64,000 nucleotides of DNA. Origin: Candidatus Cloacimonadales bacterium (GTDB taxonomy: Bacteria; Cloacimonadota; Cloacimonadia; Cloacimonadales; DAONDQ01). The DNA lies in NCBI GenBank assembly GCA_963662275.1, contig OY759316.1, positions 896,001 through 960,000 on the forward strand, in the 5' to 3' direction. The translations under genes were made by a program, and so were the position numbers. Each line of letters starts with the position of its first letter. The first letter of the stretch is position 1. Below, piece by piece: positions 19,408 to 28,612 of this stretch. The notes beneath the pieces were generated by a model that saw only the letters and a list, made by a program, of their open reading frames with translations, did not search any database and was not told the DNA's origin.

Positions 19408-20334
19408 ATGGAGATTACGAATACACTTCATCAACAAAAAACGATGCTATTGGATCATTTAAGATCACGTGCCACAGAATCTTTCGGAGAGGTCGAACGA
19501 ACTTATGGCGTTCAAGATTACAGAAAAAGAAGTGATTTAATCAATAAAAAGATATTTAATTCTTCAAATAACATTAAAACGCAACTCTTTCAACAATCTA
19601 TTAATCAATCCTGGTCGAAAGATGACCTTTTAAAAAATATGCTAATGCTTACATACTGCACATATGTAGTCATGATAGAATTTAGAAATAGAGCATGGCA
19701 GTATGAATATATGACTTTTTCAAGAAGAATTGGTGAATTGTGGGAACCTTTCTGTAAATTGTGTTTCAGCTATCCTATTAGGACAGATGTTGAATTGTTT
19801 GAACCTCCACTTTTTGCTGAAGTTAAAGAAATACTCCAAACAGAAATTCGAACATTTATTAATAATTTGAATATTGAAAATGAAGAAAAGCTGCAACTAC
19901 TGGCTTATTACGATAAAGTATGGAGTTTGGTTACATCTGGAGAGATAAAACTAGAACTTGATCTGCATTTTAGATTAGATGGTAGAAATTTTAATGTAGA
20001 TTTTAAAAGTGGGTTCCAATCTAATGAAAAGGGTAATACTAACAGACTTCTTTTAGTAGCCTCAATATACAAAAATATCATTGCTATCAATAATGAATGT
20101 CTCCTCTTCGTTAGAGCTGATGAAGCAGATAACAATAACTACCTAAAAACGATTAAAAGATCCGGGATTTGGGATGTTTATTGTGGACATGAAGCATATA
20201 CGAAAATCCAAGAATTCACGGGTTTCAATTTATCGCAATGGATAGAAGACAACATTAAATGGGAAGATGATCTTGCTGCTGAGACGCATTCTATCTTCAT
20301 ACAAAATGATCTGGTTAAATATCTATCATGGTAA
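19408..20334 (+). CDS. Putative type II restriction endonuclease (PD-(D/E)XK fold)
   Basis: IGELWE...LDLHF...NVDFKSG catalytic-like pattern; overlaps the downstream MTase gene. Confidence 0.6.
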   Translation: MEITNTLHQQKTMLLDHLRSRATESFGEVERTYGVQDYRKRSDLINKKIFNSSNNIKTQLFQQSINQSWSKDDLLKNMLMLTYCTYVVMIEFRNRAWQYEYMTFSRRIGELWEPFCKLCFSYPIRTDVELFEPPLFAEVKEILQTEIRTFINNLNIENEEKLQLLAYYDKVWSLVTSGEIKLELDLHFRLDGRNFNVDFKSGFQSNEKGNTNRLLLVASIYKNIIAINNECLLFVRADEADNNNYLKTIKRSGIWDVYCGHEAYTKIQEFTGFNLSQWIEDNIKWEDDLAAETHSIFIQNDLVKYLSW

Positions 20335-21866
20335 TAGCTGTAAATAAAAAACAGGATGAATATCAAGCTTTCTATACATCATGTGATCATATTTCTGGTT
20401 ATATGGCGAAACTATTGGATTGTAGAGATGGAATGTCATTGCTAGAGCCTTGTGCTGGGAATGGTGCTTTATTAGATCAAATAATCAACAATGATAAGAT
20501 ACTTCAAGTTACAGCTTTGGAACTAAACAGAGAATCTGTTACTTCTTTAAAAAATAAGTACTTAAAATATGATAATATAACCATTGTAGAATCTGATTTT
20601 GCTCTATATGATTCTGACAATCAATATGACAGAATAATTGCAAATCCTCCTTATGGAGCATATCAAACTCCCAATAAACGAAAAGTACTCAAGGAACAAT
20701 ATCCAGACCTATATGCAAAAGAGACATATGGTATTTTTTTGATTAAGGCAATGGAGATGTTAAAAGTTGGTGGTAAACTTGTTTTTATTATCCCCGATAC
20801 ATTTATGACTTTACATATGCATGAAGGATTAAGGAAAAGGCTTGTACATGATTATAAGATCGAATCAATTACCCTCTTCCCATCAAAGTTCTTCCCAGGT
20901 GTCAATTTTGGTTATGCTGGTCTTTCTATTATTTCTTTAGTGAATGAAAAGGCTCCAAAGGACTGGTGTTTCTCGGTATTTTCAGACTTGCAGTCTAAAT
21001 ACGACTTTGATAATATGACTTTTGCAAGAAAACTACATATTAATCTCAGTAGCCTTTCATATCGTCAAATTAAAAAGAACTCGTCATATGGATTTTACAT
21101 TCATCATGAAGGATGGATCACAGAAGTATTTTCTAGTAATCTACCTCCTTTAGGTAGCATATGTGATGTTGTTACTGGTTTTTATTCTGGGAATGATGCT
21201 AACTTTTTAAGAAAAACGATTCATAATAAAAGAATAACTGAAAAATATCTTAATGTTGATGAAAATAAGATTAACTTCGAACCATTAGCTGATACTCATC
21301 AATTTGATGGGATTTCTGGTGATAAGTTTTGGGTACCCATTGTTAAGGGAGGTAATAAACGATTCTCAAAACCCTCTGAGTGGTTTATGGATTGGAGTAA
21401 GGATGCAGTACGTAATTATAGGGATTTGGATAATAAAAAATCCAGATTTCAAAATTCCCAGTTTTATTTTAAACAGGGCATTGCAGTTCCAATGGTATCT
21501 TCTTCCTCAATAACGGGCGCCCTACTCGATGATAGGCTTTTTGACCAATCAATTGTCGGTGTTTTTCCAAAGCACAAATATCAACATCTTTTACTTTACT
21601 TGTTAGGTTTTTTTAATACCACTGTTTGCAATAAACTTATCAGAACGATAAATGCTAGTACCAATAATTCAGCTAACTATATTAAGAAAATACCAATAGC
21701 AATTCCAGATAAGAATACTGTAGAAATAATTTCTACTGTTGTTACAAATCTATATCAAATAGCTCAACAAAAAGACATAATCGAATCTGATCTATTTGAT
21801 TTGAATAAAATTTTCGACAAGATTTATGATGGAATATTTGATGATTCTTACAAATGGTCATTATAA
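20328..21866 (+). CDS. N6-adenine DNA methyltransferase, gamma class (TaqI/Eco57I-like)
   Basis: Motif I LLEPCAGNG precedes motif IV NPPY; WVPIVKGG..RF TaqI-C-like specificity region. Confidence 0.9.
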   Translation: MVIAVNKKQDEYQAFYTSCDHISGYMAKLLDCRDGMSLLEPCAGNGALLDQIINNDKILQVTALELNRESVTSLKNKYLKYDNITIVESDFALYDSDNQYDRIIANPPYGAYQTPNKRKVLKEQYPDLYAKETYGIFLIKAMEMLKVGGKLVFIIPDTFMTLHMHEGLRKRLVHDYKIESITLFPSKFFPGVNFGYAGLSIISLVNEKAPKDWCFSVFSDLQSKYDFDNMTFARKLHINLSSLSYRQIKKNSSYGFYIHHEGWITEVFSSNLPPLGSICDVVTGFYSGNDANFLRKTIHNKRITEKYLNVDENKINFEPLADTHQFDGISGDKFWVPIVKGGNKRFSKPSEWFMDWSKDAVRNYRDLDNKKSRFQNSQFYFKQGIAVPMVSSSSITGALLDDRLFDQSIVGVFPKHKYQHLLLYLLGFFNTTVCNKLIRTINASTNNSANYIKKIPIAIPDKNTVEIISTVVTNLYQIAQQKDIIESDLFDLNKIFDKIYDGIFDDSYKWSL

Positions 21867-22009
21867 ATAAATCCGAAAAATAGAAAGATCTCTTTATTAC
21901 AAATTATGATTTGGATTTGCATAAATGCTGTTTTGATGTACAGTAGGTGTTGGAGTTGTAAAATGAAAGAGTTAGAAACACCCTGTTAGATGCATGCGAA
22001 GGCGGTAAA

Positions 22010-25000
22010 GTGAAAACATCTAAACTTATTACACTGAATAAAATCTTACGTGCTTTAGTTATCGGCATGACTGAAGCAGCCAGTGTGAATCCAGTTGCTA
22101 AAGGTGTTCTGGCATTTGTAAACGAATTTTCAGATCAATTTAAGTTACTGGATATAGATCAGCAAACCAATCTAATAAATGCAAATAGTATAGATATTGA
22201 TGAAGCTCAAAATAATGATCAAGGGTTAAAAGAATTAATTAAAGATGCTTTTACCACTTTTGATATTAAATTGCAGGATATTTCTGTTTTTAAGTGTGAT
22301 GTTCAAACACATATATCTTCTATAGATGCTAATTTGCAAGCGATTATTTCACGATTAAGCGAAACATTTTTTGAAGTTCAACTGGAAATATTAAACAACA
22401 CTAAATACATTGTAGGTACATTCCAGAATAATTTTATGACACCTGAGAGGTTCCGTAGTAAATACTTCAGTAATAGAAATAGAATTGTTCGTAATGTAGG
22501 AAAAGGCTTAGCACAACTTTCTGATGAAACTTGGCATCTTTTACAAACTCCATTGATAGGGCGTGATACTGAAAAACAGGAACTCATTCATTTTCTAAAA
22601 AATCCGTATGAGAAATGGTATCTTTTATATGGTGAACCAGGATGTGGGAAAACATACTTAATGTTACATTTATCCGAATGGGCACAATCTGAAAGATATT
22701 CCGTGCTATTCGTTGATGAAAAGGCAATTCAAAACCTCAATGACGCTGTAATTTCATGGAATTACGAGAATCCCCTACTATTAATATGGGATGATTGTCG
22801 TTCAGAAAACAAAGAAGCAATAAAAGAATTTTTATCGTTACCTGAAAGATCAGATAAGCAAGTTAAGTGCGTAATTAATACATGGTTGATTTATCGGAAA
22901 ATAATCGACTTGGGAAAACCTCATGATGCTAATATTGTAGAATCTATCCTTCAACCCTTAAAAGACGAAACAGCATACAACGAATATGCACAGCATCTAT
23001 ATGAATGTATTCATAACGTTAATCCTTCCATCCAGTTCAAGGATTTATTGTACGTAATTAAACTTGCTCAAGGGAATCCCCAAATATCCCTTGTCGGTTT
23101 ACATTTACTACTTCAAGACATTAGCATTGATCTATTACCTAGCGAGCATTCAATTTTACATGTATATGTTGAATCAATAACTAGGGAATTACAAAAACTT
23201 GATTTACAGGAAATGTATATTGTTCTTGCTCTAATAGAATATATACCTTCTAAATGGCTAGATAAAGAAAGCACTAATGATAGATTTCCTGAATTGAAAC
23301 AAAAGTTAAAAAAACTAATTGCGAATGGATTCATCGAATATATTAATAATGAATATATTTTAAAGCCTGATGTTTTCAGAATGGCTATTTGCCATGAATT
23401 GTTTAGTAATGATACCCCATTGTTCAAAATAGTACTCCAAGATTTACCTGAATTACTTAAGCCTTTCATTCCTCTTGGACTAAGTAAGATATGGTTGTCT
23501 CTTGAACAAGCATACTCTTGCTCTCCTGCTGTTGTTATTGAAATCAAAACCATTCTGTTAAAAAAGACCCTACAAATTCTCAACAATGCTACAATGAATA
23601 AATCTTTTTACAATTCATTATGTACTATTTTCTTTTATTTATCTTCCGTTGAACGGGATTCAGACCTTATCTTGTTAATTTTAGAATGTCTTACTGAATT
23701 AACTAAAGGTAATATTACTGGTGAGCCAGCAATTGCTCTCACGGCAGCACTAACGAATGTTACGGCACAGATAAATAGTCCTACTGATTGCCATGATGTA
23801 TCAGAAAAAGTTAGAAAGATTGCCGACCGTCACAATCCAAGAGTAGTAGAAATCGATGCGAATTTATCGTTAGCGTTAGCAAATGTAAGTGCAAGGCTTA
23901 ATGATCAGACAGAAAGTATGTTGGTGGTTGAAGAGATAGAAAAGATTGCAAATTATTATTCCCCAAGAGTTGCAGAAATTGACTCTGTGTGGGCACATGC
24001 ACTTTATAATATGACAGCCCTTTTCAATGGCTTAGCTTTAAACAAACAGATAGCTAAGAAAATAGGGAAGATATCAGCTTACTATAATACACATATTGAA
24101 GGTATTGATACTGCTTTGTCAAAGACCCTTTACAATTTGTCTGTAAGAACAAAGAAATCTGCGGATAAGCTGAATATAGCTAATGTTATTAAGATGATTG
24201 CTGACTCTTATCCAATGCGTGTTTCAGGAATCGACTTCGAGTGGGCTAAAATACTTGTTAATATTTCTGCTCGAATTAGCGATCCAGTTGAAGCTCATCT
24301 TCTTGCAGATGAAATCGGAAAAATTGCTGACCTTTACGAACCAAGAGATAAAAATATCGACTTAATATGGACAATGTCCCTTTACAATGTCGCTAAAGAA
24401 TACCATAAACCTAAAGAAATCCGCTGTATCGCTGATGAAATCAAAGTGATTTCAGGATACTATAACCCACGTGTTGCTGAGCTCGATATCGAGTTAGCAA
24501 AAGCATTGGGGCATGTAACTTTGAATCTTAATGACCCAAATGAAATCAAACCCATTACAGAAGAAATAGAGAGTATTTCAAATTATTACTCTCGAAGAAT
24601 AGCAAAAATTGACACTGTATTAGCAATAACTCTTTGTGAATTGATGGAAAAAGATACAGATCAAAGTAATTTACGCCAATTAGCTAATAGAATAAGGAAT
24701 ATTGCTACATACTATAATCCAAGAATCAAAGAAATTGATATTGAGTGGGCAAATGCTCTTGCGAATGTAGCATATAATCTCATCGATTCAAATGAGTTAC
24801 AAAACGTAATAGAAGCTATTGTTCAAATTTCTGAACATTATTCGCATAGATTATCAGAAATAGATTCCTTTTTAGCAGATACACTCGTACATAAATCAGC
24901 TACCCAGGTTGATCAAATTAAGAAGAAAGAGATTTCTTATGAGATCAAGAAAATTGCAGATAGTTACAACCCTCGGGTCCCTGAAATTGATGAGGCACTT

Positions 25001-25282
25001 GTGAAATCTCTCTACAATATTATTGCCATCCTTAAAGATCCAATAGAAAGCTCACAATTGGTAAATGAAATTGGTCGCATCTCTGATATTCATAAACCGC
25101 GTCTTCCGATAATTGATGCAGTATGGTTTGTATCCTTATATCTTGTGTATGAAAGAAATAAGGAAAGTGTGATATTACCAAAGTTATATAAAATATTTCA
25201 AATGAGAGGCTACTCACTAAATACAAAAGGTGAACAGAAAGATTTCATTAAATCAGTTAATTCAATTACTGAGTCTTTATAA
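22010..25282 (+). CDS. STAND/NLR-like P-loop ATPase with about 11 C-terminal 42-aa helical repeats
   Basis: LIGRDTE, Walker A GEPGCGKT, Walker B LLLIWDD, AQGNP; repeats of the form NPRVxEID..WA.AL.N. Confidence 0.75.
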   Translation: MKTSKLITLNKILRALVIGMTEAASVNPVAKGVLAFVNEFSDQFKLLDIDQQTNLINANSIDIDEAQNNDQGLKELIKDAFTTFDIKLQDISVFKCDVQTHISSIDANLQAIISRLSETFFEVQLEILNNTKYIVGTFQNNFMTPERFRSKYFSNRNRIVRNVGKGLAQLSDETWHLLQTPLIGRDTEKQELIHFLKNPYEKWYLLYGEPGCGKTYLMLHLSEWAQSERYSVLFVDEKAIQNLNDAVISWNYENPLLLIWDDCRSENKEAIKEFLSLPERSDKQVKCVINTWLIYRKIIDLGKPHDANIVESILQPLKDETAYNEYAQHLYECIHNVNPSIQFKDLLYVIKLAQGNPQISLVGLHLLLQDISIDLLPSEHSILHVYVESITRELQKLDLQEMYIVLALIEYIPSKWLDKESTNDRFPELKQKLKKLIANGFIEYINNEYILKPDVFRMAICHELFSNDTPLFKIVLQDLPELLKPFIPLGLSKIWLSLEQAYSCSPAVVIEIKTILLKKTLQILNNATMNKSFYNSLCTIFFYLSSVERDSDLILLILECLTELTKGNITGEPAIALTAALTNVTAQINSPTDCHDVSEKVRKIADRHNPRVVEIDANLSLALANVSARLNDQTESMLVVEEIEKIANYYSPRVAEIDSVWAHALYNMTALFNGLALNKQIAKKIGKISAYYNTHIEGIDTALSKTLYNLSVRTKKSADKLNIANVIKMIADSYPMRVSGIDFEWAKILVNISARISDPVEAHLLADEIGKIADLYEPRDKNIDLIWTMSLYNVAKEYHKPKEIRCIADEIKVISGYYNPRVAELDIELAKALGHVTLNLNDPNEIKPITEEIESISNYYSRRIAKIDTVLAITLCELMEKDTDQSNLRQLANRIRNIATYYNPRIKEIDIEWANALANVAYNLIDSNELQNVIEAIVQISEHYSHRLSEIDSFLADTLVHKSATQVDQIKKKEISYEIKKIADSYNPRVPEIDEALVKSLYNIIAILKDPIESSQLVNEIGRISDIHKPRLPIIDAVWFVSLYLVYERNKESVILPKLYKIFQMRGYSLNTKGEQKDFIKSVNSITESL

Positions 25283-25711
25283 TGTGATTTTTATTTCTTT
25301 AATTTGTTTCTTTGAAAAGTAAAGAAGGATAGAATTTTGAATAATGAGACATGAATTGGGAAAATATTAGGACTTTGAAGCAAAATTCATGAAGCTCTAC
25401 GAGCATATTTATTGGCTGTAATTGATACGAGAAGTCCTAAGGAAACAAATCCTACTATTCGTTCACAAATAACAACAATAATACCCCAAGTAGATAAAGT
25501 GATGGTTGGTCGAATACCTAAATTTGTAAAAGATATAGAATGAAACATAAATCCAAGTCAAAAATGAATAATATTCTAAATGAGAGCCACTTGTACGGAG
25601 TTTTAGAGCCACGTCTTCGCTAAAATAGAGCCACCTTGCTATTTTGAAAGAAAAAACCAACATGAATTAATGCACTGTATCAGTGTAAATCAATTCATGG
25701 AGGTCAATGCA

Positions 25712-27256
25712 ATGACCAATTACCGAGAGATCCTTCGCTTACACAGCCAGGGAATAAGCAGACGAGGCATAGCGGCGAGTTTATCCTGTTCCCGCAATAA
25801 CGTGTCGATGATCATTCAAAGGGCAACAGACCAGAGCCTTGAATGGCCGCTTCCTGATACATTAACAAATGAGATGATCGAAGAGCAGCTCTTTCCGGCT
25901 TACTTATCGTCAAACCCGCAGAAGATGCCTGATTATGAACACATACACAAGGAACTTGCCAAGAGTGGTGTAACACTGTCGCTACTCTGGCATGAATACT
26001 CTGAGGGATGCAGGAATAATCAGGCTATTCCCTACAAGTATACGCAATTTTGCAAACATTACCATGATTACTCACAAAAGACAAAAGCAACCATGCGAAT
26101 AAAACACAAACCAGGAGAAAAGCTGGAAGTGGACTGGGCTGGACAGACTGCCGCCATCAAAAACAACATTACCGGTGAACCGATCAAAGCCTATGTTTTT
26201 GTAGCAACCCTCCCGTACAGTGGTTATTCCTATGTGGAAGCCTTTCTTTCCATGAATATGGAAAGCTGGATTCAGGCTCATATAAATAGCTTCAAGTACT
26301 TTAATGGAGTTACTAAAATACTTGTTCCTGATAATCTTAAGACGGGAGTTGACCATGTGTCGTGGTATACTCCCGTTATCAACAGAACCTATGGAGAAAT
26401 GTCTGCTTATTACGATACTGCGGTAATACCTGCCAGAGTTAGAAGACCAAAGGATAAGCCCAGTGCAGAAGGCACAGTTGGAGTCATCTCAACCTGGATC
26501 ATTGCTGCCTTGCGAAACCAGACATTCTTTTCGCTTCATGAACTCAATATGTCAATCAGGGAAAAACTGGGAGAGTTCAATACCAAGCCCTTTCAAAAGA
26601 AAGAAGGAAGCAGAGAAAGTGTCTTTCAGGCAGAAGAACAGCCCATGCTTATTCCATTGTCATTGTCGCCATATGAGCTTGCTGCCTGGTCAAAGGCAAC
26701 AGTACAGTTCAATTATCATATAAGCGTGGATAAGATGTACTATTCGGTTCCTTATGAATACATAAAATACTATGTGGATGTACGCATCACAAGCAGAGTT
26801 GTCGAGGTTTTCTATAACTCCAACAGAATCGCTTCCCATGTCAGGAAATTTGGTCATCCCGGTCAGTATCAGACACTCCCTGAACATATGCCTGAACAGC
26901 ATCAGAAATATCAGGAATGGAATGCAGAGAGGTTTATCTCCTGGGCAAAGGAAATAGGGGAACATACGATGATCGTAATTAAGTCTATTCTGGCATCCTA
27001 TCGTGTTGAACAGCAGGGATACCGTTCCTGTATGGCACTTCTGAAATCAGCTGACAGGTATTCTGTGCAGAGGCTCGAAAGTGCATGTCAAAGGGCATTA
27101 TCTTATACACCCAATCCCGGTTATAAAAATATCCAAACCATACTCAAGACGGGTTTTGATAAGATCAATAATGCGGCAGAGACTGCAAAGAATGATCCTG
27201 CTTCTGATTTTGGTATTACCAGAGGTGCAGACTACTACGGGAGGAAAAATAAATGA
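25712..27256 (+). CDS. istA: IS21 transposase
   Basis: N-terminal HTH, EVDWAG, VPDNLKTGV, KDKPSAEG DDE motifs. Confidence 0.95.
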   Translation: MTNYREILRLHSQGISRRGIAASLSCSRNNVSMIIQRATDQSLEWPLPDTLTNEMIEEQLFPAYLSSNPQKMPDYEHIHKELAKSGVTLSLLWHEYSEGCRNNQAIPYKYTQFCKHYHDYSQKTKATMRIKHKPGEKLEVDWAGQTAAIKNNITGEPIKAYVFVATLPYSGYSYVEAFLSMNMESWIQAHINSFKYFNGVTKILVPDNLKTGVDHVSWYTPVINRTYGEMSAYYDTAVIPARVRRPKDKPSAEGTVGVISTWIIAALRNQTFFSLHELNMSIREKLGEFNTKPFQKKEGSRESVFQAEEQPMLIPLSLSPYELAAWSKATVQFNYHISVDKMYYSVPYEYIKYYVDVRITSRVVEVFYNSNRIASHVRKFGHPGQYQTLPEHMPEQHQKYQEWNAERFISWAKEIGEHTMIVIKSILASYRVEQQGYRSCMALLKSADRYSVQRLESACQRALSYTPNPGYKNIQTILKTGFDKINNAAETAKNDPASDFGITRGADYYGRKNK

Positions 27257-27999
27257 TCAGCCAATCAACAGTCAATAAGCTTCACGAGATGCATTTGAGT
27301 GCTATGGCTGATACTTTCTGCCAGCAATTACATGATGGTGCATTTAAGGATTTGCTTTTCGAAGAACGCTTCAGTCTGCTCGTAGATGCTGAATGGGCCA
27401 GACGCAAAAATAACAGACTGCAGAGGCTAATTAAGAAGGCAAACTTGAAGTTCAGCCAGGCAAGTATTGAAGACGTAGAATATCATGATGACAGAAAGCT
27501 GGATCGATCTGAGATTATCCGTTTATCAACCTGCAGTTACATCAGCGAAAATCGGAATATAATCATTATGGGAGCATCAGGAAACGGGAAATCCTGGCTG
27601 GGTTGTGCTTTCGGGATAGCAGCCTGCCGGAACTATTATCCTGTCAGATATATACGACTTCCCGAATTGCTGGATGACCTGGCAGTTGCCAGAGGTGAAG
27701 GTATTTTTAAGAAAGTCATAAAACAATACAAGCAGATCAAACTGCTGATACTTGATGAATGGCTGCTGACACCACTCAGAGAACAAGAGGCAAGAGATCT
27801 TTTGGAGATTATCGAAGCGAGGCATCAGCACTCATCAACGATCTTCTGTTCTCAGTTCAGAACCGGAGGATGGCATGAGAAGATTGGTCAGGAAACCCTT
27901 GCCGATGCCATCCTTGACCGGATTATACACGATTCCTATCCTATTTTTATCGATGGTAAAGTGTCAATGAGAGAACGCAATGGCATTAAGAAAGAATAA
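27253..27999 (+). CDS. istB: IS21 helper ATPase
   Basis: GASGNGKS, LLILDEW, ADAILDRI. Confidence 0.95.
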   Translation: MISQSTVNKLHEMHLSAMADTFCQQLHDGAFKDLLFEERFSLLVDAEWARRKNNRLQRLIKKANLKFSQASIEDVEYHDDRKLDRSEIIRLSTCSYISENRNIIIMGASGNGKSWLGCAFGIAACRNYYPVRYIRLPELLDDLAVARGEGIFKKVIKQYKQIKLLILDEWLLTPLREQEARDLLEIIEARHQHSSTIFCSQFRTGGWHEKIGQETLADAILDRIIHDSYPIFIDGKVSMRERNGIKKE

Positions 28000-28358
28000 C
28001 GATAGTTAATACTTGGGATGGTACTACAACTTTCCCGGCGACGGCTGCCGCTTCGCTCGGCCTACGGCCTCACTTCACGGCAGCCGTCGCAAAAAGATTA
28101 GTTATAGCTTATTTTTTTGTATATTACCTGTATTAATTATTGAAAATAGAAGAGTGGCTCTATTTTTCCGAAGACGTGGCTCTGTTGGAGCGTACACTAT
28201 GCTCTCTCACTCCGAAATATCCAAAAAAGTCTGATGTACCAGAAATCAAAGCCTTTTCTACGATTGGAAACAGGACATAAGTCAGAGCAAATATGCAGAC
28301 TACAAATAATGATGCAATTATAATACGAGGTATTGACCAACCGCAGGCTGTTGTCAGA

Positions 28359-28430
28359 TGAATATTTCGGAGTGAGAGAGCATAGTGTACGCTCCAACAG
28401 AGCCACGTCTTCGCTAAAATAGAGTCACCT
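28359..28430 (+). mobile_element. Orphan IS21 end
   Basis: Inverted copy of the right end (about 28169-28223) continuing as CTAAAATAGAGTCACCT, like the left end. Confidence 0.8.
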
Positions 28431-28612
28431 ATCTTGAAGTTCGAAGTACGAAGTACGAAGTTGCAGACCAGAGGAACGCCGAATTGATTTCGGTGGTTGT
28501 TGCATTGTTTGCAACGTTCTGAACCTGTGGTTAAACGGCGAATGAATATGTCACCCTTCCAGGGTTCAACGTATATCGGGGATCGGATTCCCATAGCTTA
28601 CGCTATGGGCTA

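Larger units (their letters stand above)
25565..28223 (+). mobile_element. IS21-family insertion sequence
   Basis: TG...CA ends with multiple AGAGCCAC subterminal repeats; istAB; possible AAAAA target duplication at 25560-25564 and 28224-28228. Confidence 0.85.

Noticed and set aside
20328..21866. Type III Mod partner for Res
   Set aside because: Motif order is gamma class with NPPY, not the beta-class arrangement of Mod subunits.
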